DNA of 64,000 bases from Candidatus Omnitrophota bacterium (GCA_014728075.1 WJMG01000075.1:4262-68261); one strand, 5' to 3'; shown: positions 55,341-64,000, numbered from the stretch's first letter. Made by a program: numbers and translations. The notes: a model not told the origin generated them from the sequence alone.

Positions 55341-56423
55341 TTACATACTCGCGGCTATCACTGCCTGGCCTACGGATATCCCGAGATCGGTCGGAGAGTA
55401 TCTTTTATGAGTAAAAAGCTCCAGGCCCGATCCTTCAAATCTTTTTTTTACATATTCCAGCAGGTATTTGTTCTGGAAACATCCTCCGGAAACAACTACT
55501 TTCCGGACCCCTGTCCTTCGCGATATCCCTTCAGAAACCCGGTAAACGATCTCTCCCATCGTATTGTGAAAACGGGCGCTCACCTCTCCCGGAGACAGGC
55601 CCCTTTCCAGGTCGCGGGAGATCTCCCGGACCATGGGAAAAACATCGATCTCGTTACCGGACAGATCATAGTTATATGATCCTTCGATGCCCGGAAAGGC
55701 CGCTTTTTCAAGTTCAATGGCGGCTTCCGCCTCATAGGAGGAAGAATCGCGTATACCCGCTATGGATGACACCGCGTCAAAAAGGCGCCCGGCACTGGAA
55801 GTAAGGGGACAATTAATATCTTTATCTATCATTTCCCTTATAAAGGAAACCTTTTCCGGGCCTATCCTGTCAAAAAGAGGCGTCCTGATCCGGGCCATAT
55901 CACTGCCATATGCTTTAACGAGATAGGAGACCGCCATCCTCCATCCTTGCCGGGCGGCTATATCCCCTCCCGGCTGGGGCACATATTTAAAATGATATTC
56001 CCTGCTGAAATCTTTTCTGTCGCAAACGAGAAATTCCCCGCCCCATGCCCTTTCGTCCGTCCCGTAACCTGTACCGTCGAAAGAGACCCCTACTACTTTT
56101 TCCTCAAGACCGTTATCTTCCATGCAGGAAACCACATGAGCGAAATGATGCTGCACCTTAACGAGCCTTGCTCCTTCGATCTCGCCCCGGAAAGATTCCG
56201 CCAGGCGGGTTGAACCGTAATCCGGATGCAGATCACAGACCAGGCATAAAGGTCCTTTCCGGTCAGCGGGAAGGTGTTCTCTTATACCGGCCTCATAATC
56301 CTTAAGGACCCTTATGTCAGCAAGGTCTTCCAAAGGGGCGCTGACATAAAACTTTTTACCGTCCCTGACCGCGAAAGATGTTTTGTTCTGTGCTCCCAAA
56401 GCTATTATCTTCTTCATCTCCAT
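55341..56423 (-). CDS. hypF: HypF-like carbamoyltransferase, Kae1-like domain only
   Basis: 360 aa; HypF C-terminal signature VQHHFAHVVSCMEDNG and LGAQNKTSF Kae1 start. No room upstream for the acylphosphatase, Zn-finger or YrdC domains, because rex overlaps. Confidence 0.7.
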   Translation of the reverse strand: MEMKKIIALGAQNKTSFAVRDGKKFYVSAPLEDLADIRVLKDYEAGIREHLPADRKGPLCLVCDLHPDYGSTRLAESFRGEIEGARLVKVQHHFAHVVSCMEDNGLEEKVVGVSFDGTGYGTDERAWGGEFLVCDRKDFSREYHFKYVPQPGGDIAARQGWRMAVSYLVKAYGSDMARIRTPLFDRIGPEKVSFIREMIDKDINCPLTSSAGRLFDAVSSIAGIRDSSSYEAEAAIELEKAAFPGIEGSYNYDLSGNEIDVFPMVREISRDLERGLSPGEVSARFHNTMGEIVYRVSEGISRRTGVRKVVVSGGCFQNKYLLEYVKKRFEGSGLELFTHKRYSPTDLGISVGQAVIAASM

Positions 56424-57055
56424 CCGCCGTTCCCGCTTGCAAGAAAATAAGCGAGTATTTCCAGTTCCCTGGAAAGATCAACATTATTAACCTTGATCTT
56501 CCCGGGCACATCAAGATTGACAGGCGCAAAGTTCAATATGCATTTTATACCGGAATCCACGAGCACATCAGCCGCTTTCTGGGCTTCTCCGGCGGGAACG
56601 GCGATTATGGCCATGGGTATACCGTTCTCCTTGACGGCTTCACGCAGTTTTGCGAAACTTTCAACTTTAACGCCTTTTACGGAAGCACCTACAAGATCTT
56701 CAGAAACATCAAAAGCGGAGACTATGTCTAGGCCCTGTTCAGTGAACCCTGAGTAGGAAAGAAGCGCTTCCCCCAGATGCCCGACCCCTACCAGAGCGAC
56801 CTTCCACCGCTTATCTTTTCCCACGATCCTCTCGAGGGCCTTCTTCAACTCCAGGACATTATATCCCGAACCGCTCACGCCGAACTGGCCGAAATATCCG
56901 AGGTCTTTCCTTACCTGAGCGTCGCTCAGGTTCGTTCTCTCACCAAGTTCCGAAGAAGAAACCGTTCTTATGTTGAATTCGGAAAGTTCGGTCACTTCCC
57001 TCAGGTATATGAAAAGACGCTTTACGGTCGTCTCGGGTATACGCTTGGTGGCCAT
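56414..57055 (-). CDS. rex: redox-sensing transcriptional repressor Rex
   Basis: 213 aa; wHTH N-terminus and NAD(H)-binding Rossmann (VALVGVGHLGEALL). Confidence 0.85.
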   Translation of the reverse strand: MATKRIPETTVKRLFIYLREVTELSEFNIRTVSSSELGERTNLSDAQVRKDLGYFGQFGVSGSGYNVLELKKALERIVGKDKRWKVALVGVGHLGEALLSYSGFTEQGLDIVSAFDVSEDLVGASVKGVKVESFAKLREAVKENGIPMAIIAVPAGEAQKAADVLVDSGIKCILNFAPVNLDVPGKIKVNNVDLSRELEILAYFLASGNGGWR

Positions 57056-57228
57056 CGATGCCTTCAGTTCGTTACTTTTTTCACAAAGTTCGTTCTTAAT
57101 TTCACAAAGATGAATATATACCTTTTAATATAAAAAGTCAAGTATATCGCAGCGGGCGCGAGGAATGGGGCTAATCAGCTTTCAGACATCAGACATAAGC
57201 TGTCAGTCTCCGGCAGGCTGTGATGGGT

Positions 57229-57267
57229 GGGGACAGGTACCGCCTTGGCTGCGTACCCGGTACAAAG
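57229..57267 (+). repeat. REP-like element copy c
   Basis: GGGGACAGGTACCGCC-N8-GTACCCGGTACAAAG; same family as the RAYT-flanking REPs. Confidence 0.7.
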
Positions 57268-57268
57268 A

Positions 57269-59101
57269 TCAAGTCCTTTTCCTTTTTCCCAGGAGTATAA
57301 TGTCCCTCAGGCCGGCCTCGTCCTCCGCATCCATCCATTTTTTCTCAAACGCGGGATCTTCCACTATCTGGGCAATGGCGGAGAGCGCCCTCAAATGAAA
57401 AGGCCTTTCGTCCCTGGACCCTGCGATAACGAAAACCGCGTTCACACCGCTGTGGGCTCCGGGAAAGAAAATACCCTGCCGGCACCTGGCGATAAAAAGC
57501 AGGAACTGGTGCTCGCCGTTAACTATTATATGCGGAATGGCCAGTCCGGGCTTGAGCACGGTACTTGCCTGCTCCTCCCTGTCAAGAAGAAGCCTGAAAA
57601 CCTCCGAGGGAGAACAGTCCAGGCGACTGGCTATCTCGACGGCTATATCCCGAAAAAAATCCTCGGCGGTCATTTTGTTCGGTATATCGACCACGACACA
57701 TTCCTCGACTATCCTGTCAAAACGGTCTTTTTCTATATTATCCCTCTCCCTTATAATATCCCTCAGTTCCGTTTCAAGCGAGATATCCATGAACTCCTTG
57801 GCCGCGACCCTTTCGATAAGGTGCAGAAAAGCGAAATCTTTTTTTCCTCTCTGTCTTCCGTAGAACCAGTAAACGCTTAGGCCCGCCGCGAAAAGAAAAG
57901 ACCCCAGTATGAGCGCCGCTTTGCCTATATTAACTACCAGAAGCCAGCAGCCGAAAACACCGGCTATCTGCAGCCAGGGATAAAAAGGCGCCCTGAATTT
58001 GGGCTGGTAATTACGCACACCGCTTTCCCTCATAACTATTACGCACAGGCAGGAAAATATAAAGGTGAAGATCAGGACCGTAGAGGCTACTTTCACCAGG
58101 AGATCGAGTTTAAGGAAAAGCGCGCTTGCCATAAGTATTCCGGTAAGAAGAATAGCCGCGAAAGGTGTGCTTGTCTTCCTGTTTATCTTACCGAAGGCTG
58201 GAGGAAGCAGCCTGTCCCGGCTTAAAGCCAGCGGATAGCGTGAAGCAGACATTATCCCGGCGTTGGCCGTTGATATAAAAGCCAGTATGGCGGCAAAACC
58301 CAGAGCGATCCTTCCCGGGTGGTTTAAAAAGGCTTCCGCGCCGTCGGAAATAGGCGTCAGCGACTTGTCAAGTTCCCCGGAATCCAGAACCCCGCTTGTA
58401 ACATAGACCACAAGAGCGTAAACCACCGTTATCAAAACAAGAGAAAGTATCATGCCTCTGGGCACCGTCTTTCCGGGATCCTGCACCTCTTCAGCTATGC
58501 TGGCTATCTTCAAAAGGCCTCCGTAGGATACGAACACGAAACCGGCCGCGGAAAAAACGGGCACCATGCCGTACGGCGCGAAGGGTCGCAGGTTCGCGTG
58601 ATCTACCGCGGGAAACCCTTTCACTACATAAAAGGACAGTATACCGAGAAGAAGCACCACTATCGCTACCTGCACGCGGCTGGCTTCTTTTACTCCTACA
58701 AGGTTCAACGCGACAAAAAGCACACAAAGGCCAAGAGCGATGTATTTGATATCCCAGGGAACCACGGCGGAGGTAAAGGCCGCCATCCCTATAAGGGCGA
58801 AAGAGCTTTTGAGAGTTATGGACATCCATGTCAAAAGACCGTTTATGGTGCCGAGGGCGGGGCCCATGCTCCGTGTAACATAAAAATAGGTCCCTCCCGC
58901 CCTGGGCATAGCGGAAGCCAGTTCAGCCTGGCTGAGCATACCTGTCATAGCCAGAAGTCCCGCGAGCAGATAAGACACTATAACGGCCGGTCCCGCCATC
59001 GCGTGCGCAAGACCGGGAAGTATGAAAAGGCCCGAGCTTATCATCGCGCCGGAAGCGATACAGAAAACATCCAGCAATTTCAGTTCTCTTTTGAGTTCCA
59101 T
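57269..59101 (-). CDS. APC-family amino acid permease fused to a C-terminal PTS EIIA(Ntr/Fru type-2)-like domain
   Basis: 12 TM helices from MELKRELKLLDVF; C-terminal soluble domain with the LAIPH active-site-His context of PTS_EIIA_2. Confidence 0.7.
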   Translation of the reverse strand: MELKRELKLLDVFCIASGAMISSGLFILPGLAHAMAGPAVIVSYLLAGLLAMTGMLSQAELASAMPRAGGTYFYVTRSMGPALGTINGLLTWMSITLKSSFALIGMAAFTSAVVPWDIKYIALGLCVLFVALNLVGVKEASRVQVAIVVLLLGILSFYVVKGFPAVDHANLRPFAPYGMVPVFSAAGFVFVSYGGLLKIASIAEEVQDPGKTVPRGMILSLVLITVVYALVVYVTSGVLDSGELDKSLTPISDGAEAFLNHPGRIALGFAAILAFISTANAGIMSASRYPLALSRDRLLPPAFGKINRKTSTPFAAILLTGILMASALFLKLDLLVKVASTVLIFTFIFSCLCVIVMRESGVRNYQPKFRAPFYPWLQIAGVFGCWLLVVNIGKAALILGSFLFAAGLSVYWFYGRQRGKKDFAFLHLIERVAAKEFMDISLETELRDIIRERDNIEKDRFDRIVEECVVVDIPNKMTAEDFFRDIAVEIASRLDCSPSEVFRLLLDREEQASTVLKPGLAIPHIIVNGEHQFLLFIARCRQGIFFPGAHSGVNAVFVIAGSRDERPFHLRALSAIAQIVEDPAFEKKWMDAEDEAGLRDIILLGKRKRT

Positions 59102-59267
59102 GTCTTGAATCCTTCCGAATATTTTTAACGGCAAACATTAAGAAGATCTTAGCTGGAGGTCATAGCCGTTTGGAAAGCGTCAAAGTGTCATCCCTCGGCC
59201 TAACCTCGCTTGTGTCAAAGTGTCAAAGTAAAACCAGACGATAGAATCACATATTCAAGGCACAGTA

Positions 59268-59323
59268 GGCCTTTCGCCCTTCGCCTTTTGCCTTTCGCCC
59301 TTCGCCTCTCGCCTCGTCCCCCC
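59268..59323. repeat. 21-bp tandem repeat (CCTTTCGCCCTTCGCC...), about 2.5 units
   Basis: Direct tandem copies in the divergent permease/GT2 promoter region. Confidence 0.7.
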
Positions 59324-59445
59324 GATCCTTACTGAATGTACTAAAATTATACCTTATTACTCCCAAATAACAAGCAAAGCTTCCGGAACGATAATCCTTT
59401 GCCAAAACCGGAATGTACTATATAATATTGCGAAAGGTATTTCCC

Positions 59446-60180
59446 ATGAATAAGCTAAAAGAACTTTCGGTATTTTTTCCCGCGTACAACGAGGAAGGCA
59501 ACATAAAGGATACGGTTTCAAAAGCCCTTTCCTTTCTGCCCGATATCTCGGAAACCTTCGAGGTCATTATTGTCAATGACGGCTCCATCGACGGTACGCC
59601 ACGCGTAGCCGGGGAGCTCGCGGCGGAATTCCCTCAGGTCAGACTGGTAAACCATGACCATAACAGGGGCTACGGAGCAGCTGTGCGAACGGGTTTTTCC
59701 GAATCCAGATACGGCTATATCTTTTTCACCGACGGGGACGGCCAGTTCGATATCCGTGAACTGCGGGATTTTCTCCCCCTTATATCCGAATGCGACATCG
59801 TAGCCGGATACAGGATCAGACGGAACGACCCTTTCTACCGCCTGATAAACGCGAAAGCGTACAACCTTCTGGTCCGCCTGCTCTTCGGGTTAAAAGTCCG
59901 TGATATAGACTGCGCCTTCAAGATAATAAGGAAAAAAGTAGTTGATTCCCTTGAACTCAAGAGCGAAAGCCAGTTCGTAAGCGCCGAGTTCCTGGTCAAA
60001 GCCCGAAAAAAAGGCTTCACCATAAAACAGAAAGGCGCTCACCACTTTCCCCGCAAGGAAGGGGCTCCCACGGGTAACAGCATATCTGCGATAGTGAATT
60101 CCTTCCGTGAACTTTTCGCTCTGCGGGGAGAGTTGTCGCGAAAGGAAAACAATGAAAATTCTCAGGGCTTACGAAAATAA
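59446..60180 (+). CDS. family 2 glycosyltransferase (polyprenyl-phosphate sugar transferase, DPM1/ArnC-like)
   Basis: FFPAYNEEGNI ... VIIVNDGSIDGT ... DGDGQ motifs. Confidence 0.85.
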   Translation: MNKLKELSVFFPAYNEEGNIKDTVSKALSFLPDISETFEVIIVNDGSIDGTPRVAGELAAEFPQVRLVNHDHNRGYGAAVRTGFSESRYGYIFFTDGDGQFDIRELRDFLPLISECDIVAGYRIRRNDPFYRLINAKAYNLLVRLLFGLKVRDIDCAFKIIRKKVVDSLELKSESQFVSAEFLVKARKKGFTIKQKGAHHFPRKEGAPTGNSISAIVNSFRELFALRGELSRKENNENSQGLRK

Positions 60181-61531
60181 GATCTCGCCGGACATTCTGA
60201 TCATCCTCACGGTCTCTTCGATCGTTCTCTTATGGAACCTCGGAACCGGCAGCCTGTGCTCATGGGACGAAGGATTATACGGCGGGGTTACCCGTGAAAT
60301 AATACATACGGGTAACTGGATAGACCTTAGGTGGGCCGGGCAGCCCTGGAGCGATAAACCCCCTCTTTACATGTGGGTAACGGCTCTTTTCTCGAGGGTC
60401 CTAGGATTAAATGAGTTGTCCGTAAGGTTGTTTTCGGCGCTTGCCGGCGTAGGGACGGTTCTGCTCACTTACCTTACGGCTCTTAAGCTTTACTCCAGGA
60501 AAGAAGCCTTTTCCTCAGCCCTGGTCCTTCTTTCAACCTGGGCTTTCCTATGGTCCTCTAAAATGGGCATGCTTGACATTCCCATGACCTTTTTTATCGC
60601 GCTCGCGATATGCCTTTTCGAATACGGAAAAGACAACAGGCTATGCCTTTTCCTCTCCCCTCTGGCTTTTACGGGAGCCTTCCTGACCAAAGGTATGGGC
60701 GCCATGCTCATACCGCTGATACTGGGGCTTTATATCCTTATATCAGGCAGGATAAAAATCCTCAAAGACCCGGCTCTGATCTGCGGTACTATTACCGCTC
60801 TGGCGCTTTCGGCGATATGGCCTCTCGCGGCCGCGGGAGCTTACGGCAAAGAGTTTATCGATGACTATTTCCTAAAACATCTGGTCACCAGGACAACAAA
60901 AGCCGTTGAAGGCCACACGGGAGGGCTCTTCACCTATTTCGGCGTTCTGCCTAATAAGGGGCGGCCATGGGCAGGTATAGGCCTCGCCCTCTCTCCTCTG
61001 CTCATCTGGAGGACCATACGCTTCCGCGAAAAAGAGCACCTGCTTCCGCTCGTGTGGACCTTTACAGTGCTTCTTCTCTTCAGCGCGGTCCGCACCAAAC
61101 TGCACTGGTATGTGATGCCCGTCTACCCGGCGCTGGCGATCATCACCGGATGGGGCGCCGCAAAGCTCTTGAAAAGCCGCGTTTTCATAATGATGCCTCT
61201 TCTCTGCGCCCTTTCTCTTTTTTATCTTGCGACGGAAAAAAACATCTTTGATCTCGACTATTCCCCGGAGACAAAAATGTTCGCCGAAAGCGCTTTGAAC
61301 CTCGGGGAATGCGGCAAACCTCTCTATGCCTACAAGGTCAGCGATCCGGGGCTTCAGTTCTACCTGACCGGAAAAACGCTTCGCGTATACGATACCGAAA
61401 AGATAAAATTAACGATGAGATCCGGCAAGAATTATGTGGTCACGAACAGAAGAGAACTTAAACACCTGAAAGGCGAGCCTTACAGCATTGTACTCGAAGA
61501 GGATAACTTCGTGCTGATACGGAGTGAGTAG
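60152..61531 (+). CDS. GT-C family glycosyltransferase (family 39 / ArnT-PMT-like)
   Basis: About 460 aa, multi-TM; first periplasmic-loop motif SWDEGLYG and downstream KPPLYMW. Confidence 0.8.
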   Translation: MKILRAYENKISPDILIILTVSSIVLLWNLGTGSLCSWDEGLYGGVTREIIHTGNWIDLRWAGQPWSDKPPLYMWVTALFSRVLGLNELSVRLFSALAGVGTVLLTYLTALKLYSRKEAFSSALVLLSTWAFLWSSKMGMLDIPMTFFIALAICLFEYGKDNRLCLFLSPLAFTGAFLTKGMGAMLIPLILGLYILISGRIKILKDPALICGTITALALSAIWPLAAAGAYGKEFIDDYFLKHLVTRTTKAVEGHTGGLFTYFGVLPNKGRPWAGIGLALSPLLIWRTIRFREKEHLLPLVWTFTVLLLFSAVRTKLHWYVMPVYPALAIITGWGAAKLLKSRVFIMMPLLCALSLFYLATEKNIFDLDYSPETKMFAESALNLGECGKPLYAYKVSDPGLQFYLTGKTLRVYDTEKIKLTMRSGKNYVVTNRRELKHLKGEPYSIVLEEDNFVLIRSE

Positions 61532-61551
61532 CCGGTTTACCGCCGCAACCG

Positions 61552-61588
61552 TTGTACCGGGTACGAAGGCAAGGCGGTACCTGTCCCC
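61552..61588 (-). repeat. REP-like element copy d (inverted relative to copy c)
   Basis: Reverse complement reads GGGGACAGGTACCGCCTTGCCTTCGTACCCGGTACAA. Confidence 0.7.
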
Positions 61589-61606
61589 GCCCCTTCATCG
61601 TGATAT

Positions 61607-62593
61607 TCACATGAACCTGATCTTCTTTCCGGCACCCCGCTTGAGCGCCTTTCTGTAGATAAGGTCAGCTACAACTATATCCTGCACAGCCAGCCCGGTG
61701 GAATCAAATACGGTTATTTCTGTTTCTTTAAGCCTTCCTTTCTTTTTTCCTGATACTATCTCCCCTATATCAGCATATACATTTCTCCTTGTAATGCTCT
61801 TTCTCCGCAGCGGAACATTGATCTCCCCGCTATGGGAAGCCTGCTCCCATGAGTCCACCACAAGCCTCGAATGCTTAAGGATAGACGGCTCCAGCTCCTG
61901 TTTCCCCGGGGCGTCGGCGCCTATGGCGTTTATGTGAGCGCCTTCTTTAAGCCAGGAAAGCTTCACGATGGGCTTTCTGGCGGGTGTCGTCGTCACTATT
62001 ATATCGGCCCCTTTTACACATTCCCGAGGGGTCCCCGCAGGCAAAAGATCAACACCTCTTACCTTTACGCTGCTGCAGAAGTTTTCGGCCTCTTTGCCGG
62101 TTTTTCCCCAGACCCTCGCCTCCTTAATGACGCGAACCGCCGCAAGCGCTTCCAGCTGTGAACAAGCCTGTCTGCCGCATCCAACGAGAGCGACCGTCTC
62201 CGAGGCCTTTGCCGACATATATTCGGCAGCGACCCCGCCCGCGGCTCCCGTCCTCAGCGCGGTCGCGAGAGTAGCGTCCATAACCGCCAGGGGGAAACCA
62301 CTACGGGGGTCGCTCAATATCATGAGCCCCATGACCGTGGGGAGCCCCTTTCTCCTGTTCCCGGGATGCACATTGACCCACTTTATTCCGGCCCTATCCA
62401 CCGCTTCGTCATATACGGGCATGGCCCTCAGGTCTCCGTTGTGTTTTTTGAAGTACAGATAAACTTTAGGCGGCATCTGGACCTTTCCTCTTCCGTAATC
62501 CTTAAAACCCTTTTCCACTGCCTTTACGGCATCTTTTATAGAGACCAGTTTTTTTATCGTTTTCTGATCGATGATAAGAGTGTGTTTGTTCAT
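61607..62593 (-). CDS. ornithine cyclodeaminase / mu-crystallin family protein
   Basis: 328 aa, NAD-binding VGCGRQA motif, OCD/mu-crystallin sequence pattern. Confidence 0.75.
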   Translation of the reverse strand: MNKHTLIIDQKTIKKLVSIKDAVKAVEKGFKDYGRGKVQMPPKVYLYFKKHNGDLRAMPVYDEAVDRAGIKWVNVHPGNRRKGLPTVMGLMILSDPRSGFPLAVMDATLATALRTGAAGGVAAEYMSAKASETVALVGCGRQACSQLEALAAVRVIKEARVWGKTGKEAENFCSSVKVRGVDLLPAGTPRECVKGADIIVTTTPARKPIVKLSWLKEGAHINAIGADAPGKQELEPSILKHSRLVVDSWEQASHSGEINVPLRRKSITRRNVYADIGEIVSGKKKGRLKETEITVFDSTGLAVQDIVVADLIYRKALKRGAGKKIRFM

Positions 62594-62695
62594 AAGTGTC
62601 CCCGTTGCACAGATAAAGGCACAGGCAGAGATATAGATATTGGTTGCTCCAGGATACTGTTTCTTTACCTTTACCTATACCCGCACCTTAAATAA

Positions 62696-64000
62696 TTACT
62701 TCCCATGGATCTTCCGCGCTATCCTTAATCGCCTGTCGTAGTCCCTGACCATTTTTATCACCACCCCGCTCAGCCCCAGAAGCGCTACGAGGTTCGGAAA
62801 AGCCATAAAGGCATTGGCTATATCGGCCAGGTTCCAGATAAATTCCAGTTTAACTACAGCCCCCACCGGTATCAAAACACAATAAATCCATTTATAAGCT
62901 CTTACTGCTTTTTCCCCTAAGAGGTAATACACACACCTGTCCCCGTAATAAGACCAGGCGATGGTAGTGGAAAGCGCGAAAAAGACAAGTCCGAAACCTA
63001 CGACGATATCTCCTCCCACTCCTCCCATTGAATGATTGAAAGCGGACGCGGTAAGAGTGGCGCCGTTGAGGCCGGTCGACCATTTTCCTGATACGATTAT
63101 TACAAGAGCCGTAAGAGTACATATGACCAGCGTATCCACGAACGGTCCCAGCATGGCGACAAGGCCTTCGCGCACGGGTTCGTTCTCCCTGGCGGCCGCG
63201 TGAGCGATCGGCGCCGACCCCAGGCCCGCCTCGTTGGAAAAAAGACCGCGGGCTATGCCCATCCTCATCGTGTAAAGTACAGCCGACCCGGCAAATCCTC
63301 CGGCAGCGGCGGTAGGCGTGACGGCGTGACGGCATATCAGACAGAATGCCGGCGCTATCTTTTCGGCGTTGGCGATAAGGATATATAACGCACTTAAAAA
63401 ATACACACCGCACATCAACGGCACTATTACCTGTGTTACACCGGCTATTCTCCTTATACCGCCCACTATCACAAGCCACACGAGCACTGCCAGAACGACG
63501 CCAGTTATCGCGGGCGCAACGCCGGCGGAACTTTCCAGAACATCCGCGACCGAATTCGACTGTACCATATTGCCTATGAAAAGCGCCGTTACCATCCCGC
63601 AAAACGCGAATATAACGGCAAGCCACCTGGCGTTCATACCCTTTTCAAGATAATACATGGGACCCCCGGCTACTTTCCCGCGGGCGTCGAACTGCCTGTA
63701 TTTCAAGGAAAGAGCGCACGAAGCGAATTTGAGCCCCATACCGAAAAAGCCGGTTATCCACATCCAGAAGACGGCCCCGGGTCCTCCCAGGGCTACGGCA
63801 GTAGCTACTCCCGCTATGTTCCCGGTCCCTATGGTAGCTGATAAGGCTGTGCTGAGAGCCTGAAAATGCCTGATCTCTCCCTTGTGCCTGGGGTCTTCAA
63901 AGTGCCCCAGGGTAACCCTGACGGCGTGGAAGAATTCCCGGACCTGGATGAACCGGGAACGAAAAGAATAATATATTCCCGTACCGAGAAGCAGCGCCAT
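62696..64000 (-). CDS. sodium:alanine (AGCS family) symporter, N-terminus probably beyond the window
   Basis: Multi-TM; GTGNIAGVATAVALGGPGAVFWMW signature of alanine/glycine:cation symporters; ORF runs to the window edge. Confidence 0.85.
   Translation of the reverse strand: MALLLGTGIYYSFRSRFIQVREFFHAVRVTLGHFEDPRHKGEIRHFQALSTALSATIGTGNIAGVATAVALGGPGAVFWMWITGFFGMGLKFASCALSLKYRQFDARGKVAGGPMYYLEKGMNARWLAVIFAFCGMVTALFIGNMVQSNSVADVLESSAGVAPAITGVVLAVLVWLVIVGGIRRIAGVTQVIVPLMCGVYFLSALYILIANAEKIAPAFCLICRHAVTPTAAAGGFAGSAVLYTMRMGIARGLFSNEAGLGSAPIAHAAARENEPVREGLVAMLGPFVDTLVICTLTALVIIVSGKWSTGLNGATLTASAFNHSMGGVGGDIVVGFGLVFFALSTTIAWSYYGDRCVYYLLGEKAVRAYKWIYCVLIPVGAVVKLEFIWNLADIANAFMAFPNLVALLGLSGVVIKMVRDYDRRLRIARKIHGK

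Noticed and set aside
11295-57175. Shared 10-mer GGGGCTAATC at 11295 and 57165, both in upstream regions of minus-strand operons (rubredoxin; rex)
   Set aside because: A single 10-mer coincidence in 64 kb (expected about 0.1 by chance) without flanking similarity; insufficient to call a motif.
57229-61588. Interpreting the inverted-repeat-flanked 4.3 kb segment as an IS/composite transposon
   Set aside because: No transposase or integrase is inside, and the terminal repeats belong to the same REP family that flanks the RAYT at 44.7-45.4 kb. A REP/BIME-bracketed segment is more parsimonious than a transposon.
1-64000. Searches for CRISPR arrays, rRNA, tRNA, prophage or integrase genes
   Set aside because: No regular short direct-repeat/spacer arrays, no tRNA-like cloverleaf signatures in the larger gaps, and no phage structural or integrase genes were seen.

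Overview
This is a 64 kb chromosomal segment from an anaerobic bacterium, with a gene complement typical of sulfate-reducer or syntroph-like Deltaproteobacteria/Desulfobacterota. Almost every gene is on the minus strand. From low to high coordinates the window holds: (1) a menaquinone/thiol-redox block with an Rrf2 regulator, DoxX, type-II NADH dehydrogenase, polyprenyl synthase, UbiA/MenA-like prenyltransferase, TlpA and CcdA. (2) A dense oxygen-defence island: Ogg-type glycosylase, trxB, two small ferritin-like half-ORFs, a rubrerythrin-like protein, rubrerythrin, desulfoferrodoxin, flavodiiron FprA/ROO, ferritin, and a rubredoxin gene missing from the ORF track. (3) An OMP / LolA-like / MMPL-RND trio next to ArsR and a CpxP/Spy-like protein. 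(4) A TPP-riboswitch-controlled thiS-thiE-thiG-thiH-thiF operon. (5) nfnAB, an isocitrate-dehydrogenase-family enzyme and an Fe-ADH. (6) A large nitrogen-assimilation supercluster: gltD, a Fis-type HTH gene plus gltB, a GATase, tandem amtB-glnK pairs, a porin, a PII-like protein, a sigma factor, a GAF-ANTAR regulator and type-III glutamine synthetase. Its leaders carry intrinsic-terminator-like hairpins and a shared GCAC-N6-GTGC palindrome. (7) A REP-associated tyrosine transposase (RAYT) flanked by inverted REPs. Two further REP copies lie in inverted orientation around a 4.3 kb permease/glycosyltransferase segment. (8) A group-3b NiFe hydrogenase with hypABCDE, a Kae1-domain-only HypF, and Rex. 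No tRNA, rRNA, CRISPR array or prophage was found. The most novel candidates are the ANTAR-linked leader elements of the nitrogen regulon, a split ferritin-like gene pair, a self-contained two-small-ORF module, and two families of repeated intergenic elements.
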